From an uncultured Spirochaetota bacterium (GTDB lineage Bacteria > Spirochaetota > Spirochaetia > SZUA-6 > Fen-1364), in NCBI GenBank assembly GCA_963745235.1, contig CAVUXE010000015.1, positions 96,001-160,000 of the forward strand: DNA of 64,000 nt. Direction: 5' to 3'. The notes under the pieces are model-generated. The model had not been told where the DNA came from and did not search any database. It saw only the letters and a program-made list of their open reading frames with translations. The position numbers were made by a program, and so were the translations under genes. Of this stretch, positions 19,813 to 30,742 are shown in pieces. Position 1 is the stretch's first letter. Each line of letters opens with the position of its first letter.

Positions 19813-22798
19813 AAACGGCGCGGACCCTTCGCGAGGCCCTCGTGTATGAGCCCGCGGGGCTTTCGTTCGGGACAAGCGGCCTGCGCGGGCTGGTCAAAGA
19901 CATCACGGACCTGGAAGCCTACGTGGCCGTCCGCGCATTCCTGGCGTTCCTCCTGGAGGCCGGGGATTCGCGCGCGGGAGGAAAGGTGTTTGTGGCGGGG
20001 GATCTGCGTCCGAGCACGGACGGCATCATGGTCCCGGTCTTCCGCGCCATTGCTGAGGCGGGTTTCGAGGCGGTGTCTCTGGGCCGCATCCCGTCCCCTG
20101 CCCTTCTCTTCTATGCCATGAAGCGAAGCTCCCCGAGTGTCATGATCACGGGGAGTCATATCCCGTTCGACCGCAACGGCATCAAGCTGAACAGGAGCGA
20201 CGGGGAGGTGCGCAAGTCCGATGAGGAGCCCATCCGCGCGGCGCAGAGGCGGCTGCGCCAGCGGGAGTATGACACGCCGTTTGCGAGCAGCATGTTCGAT
20301 GAGCGGGGAGCCCTCCGGGCTTCCTTTCGGGGCCCGGTTCCCGCGGAGATCCCCGATGCGGCATCCGACTACGTGAGCCGCTATGCCGAGGCTTTTCCCC
20401 GCGGGGCCCTCAGCGGCACGCGGATCCTCGTCTACCAGCACTCCGCTGTCGGCCGTGACCTCCTTGTGAAGGCGCTCGAAAGCCTGGGCGCGCAAGCGCT
20501 TCCCGCTGGTCGAAGCGATTCGTTTGTCCCGGTGGACACGGAAGCAGTCAACGAGGAAATGCTGCGGGAAATCCAGGGGCTCGTGGATGCAAACGGCGGC
20601 GCATCGCTGGACGCCGTTGTCTCCACGGACGGAGACAGCGACAGGCCTCTGGTTCTCGGCCTGGAAGCCGGCGCGGTCCGCTTTTATCCTGGCGACATCC
20701 TGGGCATCGTGACCGCGGACTTTGTCGGGGCCCGGGAGATTGCCGTGCCGATCAGCGTCAACGATGCCGTGGACGCGCACTTCGCCGCCCGCGGAATACT
20801 GCCGGTCAAGACCCGCATCGGCTCCCCGTACGTGATTGATGCAATGAAAGAGGTGGGGTGGGAGGCAAACGGCGGATTCCTGACGGCAGCCCCCGTGTGC
20901 ATCCCCGGCGGCCGCAATCTGGAAGCCCTGCCCACGCGGGATGCGCTGCTTCCCATCCTGGCGGCGCTGTGCGCATCCCTTGGCAGGGGAAAGACGCTGG
21001 ACGCCCTCTTCCGAAGCCTGCCTTCACGGTTCGGGAAATCCAGCCTGCTCCGAAACTTCCCCAGGGAGAATGCTGTTGCCATCGTACGGCTGCTCTCTCC
21101 GGAAGACGCGTCCGTGGTTGAGGCCCGGCTCGATCCAACAGGGGCCGGACAATGGACGGTCACTCACAGGGATGGAAGCCGCACCACACGCACGGCAAAG
21201 GATCCTTTGGGCCGGTGCCTCCTTGACCTCTGCCGTGAGGTGAGCCGGTGCTTCAGGCCGTTGGACGGCTTCACGGACGTCGCATGGTTCAACTGGCTCG
21301 ACGGCGTTCGCATCGGTTTCGAGAACGGCGACGTGGCGCACATCAGGCCGTCGGGAAACGCCCCCGAGCTGCGGCTGTACGCCAACGCAGGAACGCCGGA
21401 GAGGGCCGCCGCCATAATCGCCCGGGGGACAGCGGAGAACGGAATACTCCGGCAGTTGGAGGCTTCCGCAAACGAGCGCCGCGCGGCACAGCTGTATCGT
21501 GCGGCTCCCCGCATGCTCTCTCTCGAGTGCCGGGTGCAGCATTACGCGTGGGGCGGCTTCCAGTTCATCCCGTCTCTCCTGGGAGAAGAGAACCCCAGGC
21601 AGATCCCCTGCGCCGAGCTGTGGGTCGGGGCGCATCCCCTGGCGCCCTCGCTCGCCGTCGTGGATGGAACGAGGATCCGCCTGGACAGGCTCCTCGAGGC
21701 GGCTCCGAGGGAAGTCCTGGGGACAGCTGATACGGCCCGCTTTGCCGGCAGGCTTCCCTTCCTCATGAAGGTCCTGGACGCCCGACTGATGCTTTCCATC
21801 CAGGCCCACCCCAACCGGGAGCAGGCGAGGGACGGGTTTGCGCGTGAGAATGCGGCGGGCGTTCCGCTGGACGCGCCGAACCGGATGTACCGGGATGACA
21901 ACCACAAGCCGGAGGCGCACGTTGCGCTGAGCGAGTTCTGGATGCTGCACGGGTTTCGGCCGCTGGATGAAATCCAGGGGATCCTCACGAAGACCGAAGA
22001 GCTTGGCCGGGTGATGCCGGATTTCAGCGCGCGCCTCAGGGAAGCTGACGCGAGCCGGGACGCTGGTGCGCGGCGGGCCGGGCGGGAGGCGCTGCTTCGG
22101 GGCCTCTACGCCTCCGTCATGACCATGCCGCAGGCGCGCGTGGATGAGATTCTCTCCCCGCTGGTGGAGCGACTTTCCTCGCAGGACCGCTCACGCTCGC
22201 TTGACAAGGAACGCCCGGAGTTCTGGGCGTTGCGCGCCGCTCGTGACCTGCCGCTCCCGGGCGGTCATGTCGACCGGGGAATCTTTTCGATTTTCCTGCT
22301 GAACCTTCTCCACCTGCATCCCGGCCAGGGCACCTACCAGCCTGCCGGGACACTCCATGCATACCTCGAAGGGACGAACGTCGAGCTGATGGCCAGCTCG
22401 GACAATGTCCTTCGGGGCGGCCTTACCCCCAAGAGCGTGGACACGGACGAGCTTCTTCGGATCGTTTCCTATGCGGCCGGCCGCCCCCTGTGCTGACGGG
22501 CCGGGAGGCGGCGCCCGGGGAACGGGTCTACGAGACTCCCGCGGAAGAGTTCGTCCTCGACCGGCTCCAGCCGGCCGCCGGCAGCGGCATCCGCCGAGGG
22601 GCTGACCACGGCGTTGAATGCCTCATCGTCATGGAGGGCCCGGTGCTCGTTGCCGCGGGCGATCTGACCGGGGAGTTGGAAAGAGGCAGGGTTGCCCTTG
22701 TCCCCGCCGGGATCCCTTACGGGGTCGAGGCCCGGTCTGCGGGCGCGGTCGTGTTCAGGGCTCGCATCCCCGGCGGCACCAAAGCGCGTCAGACGTAA
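19809..22798 (+). CDS. Fused phosphomannomutase + type I mannose-6-phosphate isomerase (frameshift at ~22488)
   Basis: N-half FGTSGLRG, TGSHIPFDRNGIK, DGDSDRP, RPSGNAPELR; C-half QHYAWG, AELWVGAHP, LSIQAHP, DDNHKPE, LHAYLEG, SDNVLRGGLTPK. The final cupin (22490-22798) is rejoined by one extra C in the C5 run. Confidence 0.88.
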
Positions 22799-23901
22799 CG
22801 ACCGCCAAACTTCTCAGCAACCAACGCTTGCAGCTTCTTGACGTCCTCAGCCTTGTCCCGTCTGCATACCAGGGTGGCGTCCTGCGTGTGGATCACCACC
22901 AGGTCATCACAGCCGAGAGTTGCAACAAGGTGCCGCGGATCGCTGGAGGCCACGAGAGTCCCCCGGGTGTCCAGGGTGATGCTCGTCTCCGCGGAAAGAG
23001 CATTCCCTGCGTCATCAGACCGGCAGGTCTCGGCAAAGGCCGGCCATGAGCCAACGTCCAGCCAGGACAGGTCCATGGGGAGGGCGGCCACCCTGACGGC
23101 GGCGTCCCGTGAGGCCTTCTCCATCACGGCAAAATCCACGCTGATCTTCCTGAGCAAAGGGTACTCGGAGCCGATTACCTCCGTGAACCCGGGAGTCCCC
23201 CACGCCCCCGCAATCCGCGACAAAGCGGAAAACGTCTCCGGTTCGAAGCGCCGGATGCAATCCAGGAAGACCGAAGCCTTCCAGACGAACATGCCGCTGT
23301 TCCAGAGAAACCGGGTCGGCCCAGCAGCAACCCAGCGTTCCGCCGTTGCCTGGTCAGGCTTTTCCCGAAACTGCTCAACGACCCTGGCTGCGGGGAGCGC
23401 CTCTCCCCCTGCCTCGATGGCGGCTCCAAGGCTCAGGTAGCCGTAGCTCGTTGCGGCGTGCCGTGGAGCAATCCCGAAAGTGACAAGGACGTTCTCTTCC
23501 CGTTCGGCAAGCTCGTAGCCCGCGGCAACGATCTCCCTGAACTTTTCCCGCGGCTCGATGATATGGTCCGCCGTGAAGACTCCTATGGTCGCCTCGGCAT
23601 CCTGGCGCGCCACCACGGCCGCCGTGTACCCCAGCGCGGCAAGAGTGTCGCGGCCCACGGGCTCTCCGAGAAACTGCCCGGGCCCGATGTCTCCGAGGCT
23701 CCTGGTGATGACGCTTCTGTGGCTCTCCGCGGCGCAGACGAGCCGGCGCCGGGCATCCACGAGCCCCTCCAGGCGTTCCCAGGAATGAGCCAGGAGGCTC
23801 TTTCCCCGGATGAAGGGCAGCAACTGCTTTGGCAGGGTGGTCCTGCTCATGGGCCACAGACGCGTGCCGGATCCGCCGGCGAGGATCACTGCGTAGCGCA
23901 T
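22789..23901 (-). CDS. manC: Mannose-1-phosphate guanylyltransferase
   Basis: MRYAVILAGGSGTRLWPMSR..PKQLL, EPVGRDT, FREKPD, WNSGMF, WLDVGSW. Confidence 0.95.
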   Translation of the reverse strand: MRYAVILAGGSGTRLWPMSRTTLPKQLLPFIRGKSLLAHSWERLEGLVDARRRLVCAAESHRSVITRSLGDIGPGQFLGEPVGRDTLAALGYTAAVVARQDAEATIGVFTADHIIEPREKFREIVAAGYELAEREENVLVTFGIAPRHAATSYGYLSLGAAIEAGGEALPAARVVEQFREKPDQATAERWVAAGPTRFLWNSGMFVWKASVFLDCIRRFEPETFSALSRIAGAWGTPGFTEVIGSEYPLLRKISVDFAVMEKASRDAAVRVAALPMDLSWLDVGSWPAFAETCRSDDAGNALSAETSITLDTRGTLVASSDPRHLVATLGCDDLVVIHTQDATLVCRRDKAEDVKKLQALVAEKFGGRYV

Positions 23902-23964
23902 TCTCCATAGTAGCAGTGTGTGCCGAGCTTGTCGAATATCCCGGAAAGCGGGATGATGAGATCC

Positions 23965-24984
23965 ATGCAACGCATCATCAATGATCCGACCAGGGTCGTG
24001 GAGGATATGCTTTCGGGCTTCATCCTTGCGCACCCCGAGCGCATCGCGCGGACCCGGAACCCCCGCGTGCTCCGATACGTCGGTGCCCCCGTGGCAGGCA
24101 AGATCGGCGTCGTCACGGGAGGCGGGTCGGGCCACAAGCCGGCGTTCATCGGATACATCGGCAGGAACATGGTGGACGCGGTGGCAGTCGGGGAGATATT
24201 CACGTCCCCTTCCGCTTCGGCGTTCCTTGACGCATTCAAGGCGGCGGACGCAGGCAAAGGCGTCGCCTGCCTCTACGGGAACTACGCCGGCGACAACCTG
24301 AACGTGAAAATGGCAATCAAGCTTGCGCGGGACCAGGGCATCACGGTGAAGACCGTCGTGGCGAACGACGATGTGCCCTCGGCTCCGCTTGCTGAAAGGG
24401 ACAAGAGACGGGGCGTTGCCGGCGAGGTGATCATGTGGAAAGTGGGCGGCGCGCGGGCTGCGCTTGGTGGAAGCCTGGACCAGGTGATCGCGTCCGCCCA
24501 GAAGGCAATCGACAACACGCGCAGTATCGGCATTGGCCTGACTCCCTGCACCATCCCGGCCGTCGGGAAGCCCAACTTCGTGATCGAGCCGGGGAAAATG
24601 GAGGTGGGAATCGGGCATCACGGTGAGCCGGGGATGCGGGTGGATTCGCTCCGACCTGCCTCCGAGATGGCCGAAATGATGCTTGATGTCATTCTTCCCG
24701 ACCTGCCGTTCGCGTCCGGCAACGAGGTGGTTGTCCTTGTTTCCGGGCTCGGCGCCACGCCCGTGATGGAGCTCTACATCCTGTACGCTCACGTCGCCGA
24801 GCTCCTGGCGAAGCGGGGCATAACGGTTGTCAGGCGTTACGTCGGAAACTTCTTCACTTCCCTGGAGATGATGGGCGTGACGCTGACGCTCACCAGGCTC
24901 GACGACGAATTGAAGCGCCTCGTTGCGTTGGAGGCTGACTCGATGGGCCTGACACAGTTCGGTCCGAAGGCGGAAGCCGGCTGA
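23965..24984 (+). CDS. dhaK: Dihydroxyacetone kinase subunit DhaK-like
   Basis: GGGSGHKP, GEIFTSPS, NYAGD, RRGVAG, GIGHHGEPG, TSLEMMG. Confidence 0.9.
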   Translation: MQRIINDPTRVVEDMLSGFILAHPERIARTRNPRVLRYVGAPVAGKIGVVTGGGSGHKPAFIGYIGRNMVDAVAVGEIFTSPSASAFLDAFKAADAGKGVACLYGNYAGDNLNVKMAIKLARDQGITVKTVVANDDVPSAPLAERDKRRGVAGEVIMWKVGGARAALGGSLDQVIASAQKAIDNTRSIGIGLTPCTIPAVGKPNFVIEPGKMEVGIGHHGEPGMRVDSLRPASEMAEMMLDVILPDLPFASGNEVVVLVSGLGATPVMELYILYAHVAELLAKRGITVVRRYVGNFFTSLEMMGVTLTLTRLDDELKRLVALEADSMGLTQFGPKAEAG

Positions 24985-24995
24985 CCATTCTCACG

Positions 24996-25041
24996 GCTGC
25001 GGCGGTGGCCGGAGCTGCGGCGGTGGCTGGAGCTGCGGCGG
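24996..25041 (+). repeat. 18-bp tandem repeat, about 2.5 copies
   Basis: GCTGCGGCGGTGGC(C/T)GGA x2 plus GCTGCGGCGG between convergent genes. Confidence 0.8.
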
Positions 25042-25054
25042 GCCGGGACCCGCT

Positions 25055-26171
25055 TCACGCCCGCCTCGGACATGTTGAAGGAAGCCTGGGGCAAAAGGGT
25101 AAGGACCCCGTTCTTCCAGAAGCACGGCGCCTGGGTGCCGGAGCTCGACACATCTCCGACCACGAGCAGGTTCCCGCCGGCGTCAATCGCCGCGCCGTTC
25201 GCATACCCGGAAGAGCTTCCGGCGCCAGTTGGCAGGAGACTGAGCGACCCCTGCTTCCAGATGCATGGCTCCAGGGTTGACGCGGAGGAACCGACCACTC
25301 CAGATGTCACCAGGTTTCCCGAGCCATCGACTGCAACTCCTGTTGCCCACCCGGTCGCGCTGCCTGGGCCCACGGGCAGGACAGTGAGGGAGCCATTCTC
25401 CCAGACGCAGGGAAGCAGGGCGTTGCTGGAGCTTCCCACGGCCCCGGAAATGTACACGTTCCCCTGACTATCCATCGTCATTCCTGTCGTCACCCCATAC
25501 GAGCTCCCCGTCCCGACGGGGAGAATCGTCAGGGCGCCGTTCAGCCAGAAAGCCGGCAAAAGCGCGGAGCTGGACGATCCGACGGAACCTGCAATCAGGA
25601 TGTTTGCCTTCGAATCGAGCAGGATGGCGGAGCCCTCGCCGTACGAGTTGCCCGTGCCGACCGGGAGCAGGGTTTGGGTGCCCCCAGTCCAGTAGCACGG
25701 AGACAGGGAAGAGCTGGTGGGTCCCACTCCCCCCGCAAAGAAGAGGGTCGTGCCGCTGACGCTGATTCCGAATGCCGCCCCGGCCGCGTTTGCGGCGCCT
25801 GCCGGCAGGTAGGAGAGGGCCCCGTTCTGCCAATAGCCCGGAAAAAGGGAGTCCACGGTGGGTCCCGTGGCCCCGGCAACGACGAAGTTGCCCGACGCGT
25901 CGAGTGCACCGAGGCCAACGGTGAAAGCGTAGTTGCCCTGCCCCACCGGCATGGTGGTGATTAGAGAGCCGTTTTCCCAGTAGCAGGGCAATTGCGTTGC
26001 GGTTGTTCCCGTCACCCCGGCGATGAAGAGGTTGCCGGAAACGTCGAGTGCAATAGCCACGGCGTCCCCAAAGGGCGTCGCCCCCGGCGGCTGTGGATAA
26101 GCTGGCGGTTGGGTGCAGCTTGCCGCCGCGGAAATGACCACGGCAAGAAAAGCCGGCTTGAGAGCTTTCAC
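25055..26171 (-). CDS. Lipoprotein with seven ~50-aa P-x-x-W-x-(N/G/Q)-G repeats (probable beta-propeller)
   Basis: Lipobox AAASC; repeats PCYWENG, PGYWQNG, PCYWTGG, PAFWLNG, PCVWENG, PCIWKQG, PCFWKNG. The track ORF runs to 24837 into dhaK; the true stop is probably near 25055. Confidence 0.75.
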
Positions 26172-26222
26172 ATGATCACCCGTATGGATATACCAGCGGA
26201 AGTCTCGTTTCGTTGAAAGTTC

Positions 26223-27452
26223 TTAGAAGAACACCTTCACATCCAGCGTGGCCGCCACGGAGGTGAGCGCATTGCCGAACTCCGTGCCGGTGCCTCCATT
26301 CGCCCACGTCACGGTGAGGTCCACCTCAGACTCCTTCACGAACGTGGTGGTGATGCCGCCGGTCAGGAAGAACGAAGTGTCTGCAAGGTTCACGAGGCAG
26401 GATGCCAGAAGCCCGATCTTGTCGAAGACGAGGTTCCCCTCATCCGTCAGCGTCGGCTGCGTCACTGAGACGAACAGGTAGTCCGATCCCAGGCTCGCCG
26501 GCCTTCGGGCCAGCTCCGGGTACCACTGCGGGAGCAGTCCCGCGCGCACGCCGTCGTAGACACCGGAAGTCTGACCCGCGTCAAGCCCCTCGGAGAGGTG
26601 GTAGTACTCCGTGAGGAGGACCGTGCGGACCCACGGCATCGTCGCGGTACCTCCAACCAGGAAGCTGTAGTTCAGCCCGGTCGGCGGGGACGGCGACACG
26701 GAGAGGTACCTTGCCTTGTCATAGATGCACCCCTCGAACCAGAGCTGGAGAGTATCCCAGCCGGGAATCTCATACAGGGGAGCAACCGAGGCGTTGAGAG
26801 CGGCCGTCCAGGACTCGCTCTGGCTCCAGTATCCCGACAGCGCCAGGTCCGTACTCGGGATGAGCGGCGTGGAGATGCGCGTCCCGACACCCGTCTGGCC
26901 CAGCGCGTCATACAGGACGCCAAAGGTCATGAGCGACACGGGCTTTGTTATCAGCTCGACCTTCAACGCCGTGACTCCCTCCCGCACTGCCCGAAGCGCA
27001 GTAGGATCCTTCGGGGGGTTGACCGGATCAGACGGGTTGTAGACGAAACCGGCTCCCCACTTGAGCCTCTGCTTTCCCAGGCGCAGGAAGACCAGGTCTC
27101 CGTAGTTCAGGTCGGCATACAGCTCGTTCACCAGGAGTGACAGCGTCTCTATCTTGGAGCCGTTGTGATAGTCGAGGACGTTGTCTTCCGTGAACGTGAA
27201 ATCGAAAAGGCCCAGCGTCGTGTAATTCCTCGAGAACGCGAGCTTCCCGTCGATCAGGCCCCCGGCGGTCACCTCGGAAAATGGCGTGACCCCCTGAAAG
27301 ACCGATACGCTGTTCTGCGCTCCCGTTATGGCCTGGGCATCCACGTCACCGGAGAGCTTGAACGCGGCCTGGTCCTGGCCCCATGCCTCGGGAAGGGCAA
27401 GCGCGGCCAGACACGTGATTGCGGTCCAGATGACGATGAGCCTCTGCATCAT
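26223..27452 (-). CDS. Putative outer-membrane beta-barrel protein
   Basis: Signal peptide; LRLGKQRLKWG..YNPSDPVNP; C-terminal alternating strand ending in Phe (ATLDVKVFF). Confidence 0.7.
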   Translation of the reverse strand: MMQRLIVIWTAITCLAALALPEAWGQDQAAFKLSGDVDAQAITGAQNSVSVFQGVTPFSEVTAGGLIDGKLAFSRNYTTLGLFDFTFTEDNVLDYHNGSKIETLSLLVNELYADLNYGDLVFLRLGKQRLKWGAGFVYNPSDPVNPPKDPTALRAVREGVTALKVELITKPVSLMTFGVLYDALGQTGVGTRISTPLIPSTDLALSGYWSQSESWTAALNASVAPLYEIPGWDTLQLWFEGCIYDKARYLSVSPSPPTGLNYSFLVGGTATMPWVRTVLLTEYYHLSEGLDAGQTSGVYDGVRAGLLPQWYPELARRPASLGSDYLFVSVTQPTLTDEGNLVFDKIGLLASCLVNLADTSFFLTGGITTTFVKESEVDLTVTWANGGTGTEFGNALTSVAATLDVKVFF

Positions 27453-28228
27453 CAGAACTCGTAGGGATACAGGCGGCCGGATTCCAGGTATTCCCTGGTG
27501 AAGAACTGCTCCGGCACTCTTGCAAGCGGTGTGATGTCGAATATCCGAAGCCGGCTCGTATCCTGCGGTTTCAGGGCGTCGACGTACTGCATTTCCATGG
27601 CGACAACGCGATTGTCTTTCACGTCTGCCTGCGTGACCGTGTAGTACTTCAGCACCTTCTCGGACACCGCGAAGAATGCCTTCTTCACGGGAATGCGTGA
27701 GGACTTCTCCACCCAGAGATTCACGAGGCTGTACGCGAGCTTCCGGTTCTTTGCGCGCAGCTCGAAGCGGTAGCAGGCCTTGCCCTGCACGTCCTCCTCT
27801 CCCATGTATTTCACCGTGTAATCCAGGTTCGTATTGAACCGCGTGAGGTCGAGGTTGGACGTCTCCCCGCCCCGGGAGTTTGCCGTGGCGGAGGTCTTCA
27901 CCACCTTGTTGGTCGCGGCAAACCTCTGCCAGAAGACGTCCTGGTCCCGCAGGAGGGCGAAGTTTTTCTGCGACGCGGGTGCCGTGGCCACCCAGACCAC
28001 GCGGTTGTCCTTGCGGATGAAGAAGCCGTCGGAGGCCCGATCATCCCCGCTTGAAAACGTGTCCACCACCGCCATGCGCCCCTTGCAGTTGAGCGGGAGC
28101 ATCACGGAATCCACCGAGTCGATGTACGCGTTGACGTCACCCTCGGGGAAGCTCTGGGCGTGCGCCGCAAGCGGCAGGAGAGACGCGCCGGCGGATATGG
28201 CAACTGCAAGAAACAGAATCCTTTTCAT
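27452..28228 (-). CDS. LolA-like outer-membrane lipoprotein-sorting protein
   Basis: Signal peptide; SNLDL, CYRFELRAK..AYSLVNLWVEK, FFTREYL pattern; operon context. Confidence 0.8.
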   Translation of the reverse strand: MKRILFLAVAISAGASLLPLAAHAQSFPEGDVNAYIDSVDSVMLPLNCKGRMAVVDTFSSGDDRASDGFFIRKDNRVVWVATAPASQKNFALLRDQDVFWQRFAATNKVVKTSATANSRGGETSNLDLTRFNTNLDYTVKYMGEEDVQGKACYRFELRAKNRKLAYSLVNLWVEKSSRIPVKKAFFAVSEKVLKYYTVTQADVKDNRVVAMEMQYVDALKPQDTSRLRIFDITPLARVPEQFFTREYLESGRLYPYEF

Positions 28229-28253
28229 TGTTCCTCCGATTCCTGTCGATTTC

Positions 28254-29471
28254 TCATCTATTGGCCATCTGGGCGACGGCCTGTTTCTCCGTCTCCCGTG
28301 ACACGGTCCGGAACGTGGTTGCGAAAAGCACGAGGAAAAGCAGCAGGAACGGCACCACCATGCTCGCGGCGTTCATCGTGATGGCCATCCGCGTCATGCC
28401 GAACATGTACTGCAGCATCAGGAGCGGCGGGCGCACGATGGTCGCCCTGAACCAGAGGTCCATGAGGCCCACCGCGCCAATGCCCAGGAGGTACCCCACC
28501 AGGAGCGCCGCCAGCGACTCGCCGAAGAAGAGGTTGCGCACGATGCCCCGGGGGAAGCCCAGCGCGCGCAGCGTCCCGATCTCGTCGCGCCGATCGAAGA
28601 TGTTGGTCAGAATGACGGAGCGGATGCCGATGAGCAGCGCCAGGAAAATGATCATGGCCATGACGCCGAACATCAGGACGTTGGTGGTGCCGAGGGACAA
28701 CAGGAAGCGAACGAAATCATCATCCCGGTATCCCTTGACCGGGAAGTCTTTCACGCGCGCCTTGAGGTCCTTCACCATGGCCGGGATCCCGCGCTCGTCC
28801 TTCACGTAGACCTTGTAGAAGGGGAACGCATCGCCCAGCTCCGTCATCGTGATGTAGTCCTTCACCCGAAGCGCTATCTCCTCGTCGTACCACGGGGCGG
28901 AGGCACGGGAGATTCCGGTGACAATGAAGTCCATGGCGTTGCGGGCTCCGAAGGCGGAGGGAATGAACACAGTGATGCTGCTGCCCACCTTCAGGTGGTA
29001 CTTGTCCGCCAGGACCGTGGTGATCATGAGGCCGTACTCGTCCTCCGCGCCCGGGAACCTGCCAGCCACGAGCTCCGTGTGCTCCACGAACTGCTGGTCC
29101 TTCTGGAAGTCGGTTGCGGCAAACTGCAGGTACTGCCGGGTGGTGCCTGCCTGGATCTCGCAGATCCCCATGAACCACGGAACCAGCACCGCCGTGTTGG
29201 GGCTGTGCTCGAGGTAGTCCCTGACGGCACGGGCCTGCGCCTGGTAGCTCGGGAGCGACTCTTCCTTGAACTCGAAATCATCCGCCCGGGAAACCCACAA
29301 GTGCCCCGTCCACTTGGCAATGGTGTCGGTTCGAACGTGCTCGGTGGTCTTCGCCCCCAGCGCAAAGGTGAAGACAAGGACGACGGCGCTGAGAAACCCC
29401 GCCACGACCACGAACAGGGCTCGCAGCGGTCTGCGCGCAATGTTGTTCATCATGTATCGCACAAGCTCCAT
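28254..29471 (-). CDS. FtsX/LolE/MacB-type ABC permease
   Basis: N-terminal TM helix, periplasmic domain, RRDEIGTLRALGF. Confidence 0.9.
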   Translation of the reverse strand: MELVRYMMNNIARRPLRALFVVVAGFLSAVVLVFTFALGAKTTEHVRTDTIAKWTGHLWVSRADDFEFKEESLPSYQAQARAVRDYLEHSPNTAVLVPWFMGICEIQAGTTRQYLQFAATDFQKDQQFVEHTELVAGRFPGAEDEYGLMITTVLADKYHLKVGSSITVFIPSAFGARNAMDFIVTGISRASAPWYDEEIALRVKDYITMTELGDAFPFYKVYVKDERGIPAMVKDLKARVKDFPVKGYRDDDFVRFLLSLGTTNVLMFGVMAMIIFLALLIGIRSVILTNIFDRRDEIGTLRALGFPRGIVRNLFFGESLAALLVGYLLGIGAVGLMDLWFRATIVRPPLLMLQYMFGMTRMAITMNAASMVVPFLLLFLVLFATTFRTVSRETEKQAVAQMANR

Positions 29472-29476
29472 GGCAG

Positions 29477-30742
29477 CTACCTCTTTTCAAGGGTCTTGAG
29501 GATGGACAGGCGCGCGCCCTGCAGGGCGGGGAGCAGGGGGGCCAGGACGGCAACGGCCAGGAAGATCAGGCCCACCGCAGCCACCTTGTCCTCATGAAAG
29601 CCCGGGGTGAAGCCGTTGCCGATGACCCAGGCGAAGAATGTCAGGGAATTGCGAATGCCGGTGACATGGAAGAACCCGATCACCGCCGAGCCCAGGAGGA
29701 ACCCGGCAAGGGTGCCGGCCGCAATGATGAGGAAACCCTCGAGGGCGAACTGGAACGCAATGTCCGCGCGGCTGAAGCCGAGGGCCCGCATCGTGCCGAT
29801 CTCGCTGTACCTCTCGATGATGGAGAAGGTCGTCAACTTGATCACGAGGAGCACGCAGATGGCAATCAGGATTGCCTCCACCGCCCGCATCATCACATCG
29901 AACCCCAGGACGATCTCAGCGAAGATGGGGGCATACTCCCGCCAGGAAACGACCTTCAGCCGGGGATGAGACTGCTGGAGCCAGGCGTCTATGCGCGGGA
30001 GCACCTTGTTTGCCGTCCGGGCGTCGCGGAGGAACCCGACGACCTCCGACGCCAGCGGCTTCGAGTACCCGACGAGGGACCGGAAGCCGTCGAGATCGAA
30101 GAACATGCTGCCCATCCCCATGACGTCCCGGGGCATTGTCCGATAGTCGATGCCCCCCTTGACCGTGACGAAGCGGTCGACGAACTCCCCTTCGCGGTTG
30201 GGAAGGAGGAACACGTAGCGCTGGCCGACATCGACAATCTTGTTCTTCCCGTATTCGGACCAGGAGGCCGCGCAGGAGGCCGCTTCTCCGCGCTGGACCT
30301 CGGATCCCTTCGCGTAGTACAGGTCGCGGAGCTCCTGGTTGTAGGCGCCCATGTCCATGGCGATCCCCTGGAAGCCCTTTTCGGCGTCATCCGCTCCGTA
30401 GAGAAGCCCGCTGAAGACAATCCGTTCCTGCGAGCCGCTCACTTCGGGCAGGCTGACGAGGTACTGTTTGACGGAAGCAATCTCTTCGGGCTCCAGCATC
30501 TCCTCCGGCTCGTAATGATAGAAGCCGAAAGAGTTCTTCGTCTCGATGTTCCTGTTGAGGATGCGGAAATGCCCGGCAAAAGATCGGCCGAACATGTCGG
30601 ACTGTTTGAGAGAGACGTCCTCCAGGAGGTTCTCCGAGACGAAGGTCAGGAACGCCCCGAACAACGCGATCAGGAGGATGATGCGCGTCCTCCACCCGTG
30701 ACGCGCAAGGTTCCTGAGGCAAAGCTGGATTCGCTCTTTCAT
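29477..30742 (-). CDS. FtsX/LolC/MacB-type ABC permease
   Basis: RNLARHGWRT, ERYSEIGTMRALGF. Confidence 0.9.
   Translation of the reverse strand: MKERIQLCLRNLARHGWRTRIILLIALFGAFLTFVSENLLEDVSLKQSDMFGRSFAGHFRILNRNIETKNSFGFYHYEPEEMLEPEEIASVKQYLVSLPEVSGSQERIVFSGLLYGADDAEKGFQGIAMDMGAYNQELRDLYYAKGSEVQRGEAASCAASWSEYGKNKIVDVGQRYVFLLPNREGEFVDRFVTVKGGIDYRTMPRDVMGMGSMFFDLDGFRSLVGYSKPLASEVVGFLRDARTANKVLPRIDAWLQQSHPRLKVVSWREYAPIFAEIVLGFDVMMRAVEAILIAICVLLVIKLTTFSIIERYSEIGTMRALGFSRADIAFQFALEGFLIIAAGTLAGFLLGSAVIGFFHVTGIRNSLTFFAWVIGNGFTPGFHEDKVAAVGLIFLAVAVLAPLLPALQGARLSILKTLEKR

Noticed and set aside
23902-24792. Long N-terminal extension of ManC
   Set aside because: Antisense shadow of dhaK; ManC homology starts at MRYAVILAGG (23901).
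24837-25054. Arg/Ser-rich C-terminal tail of the repeat lipoprotein overlapping dhaK
   Set aside because: It reads through an intergenic tandem repeat into dhaK antisense; probably read-through from a 1-nt error before a TGA at ~25055.
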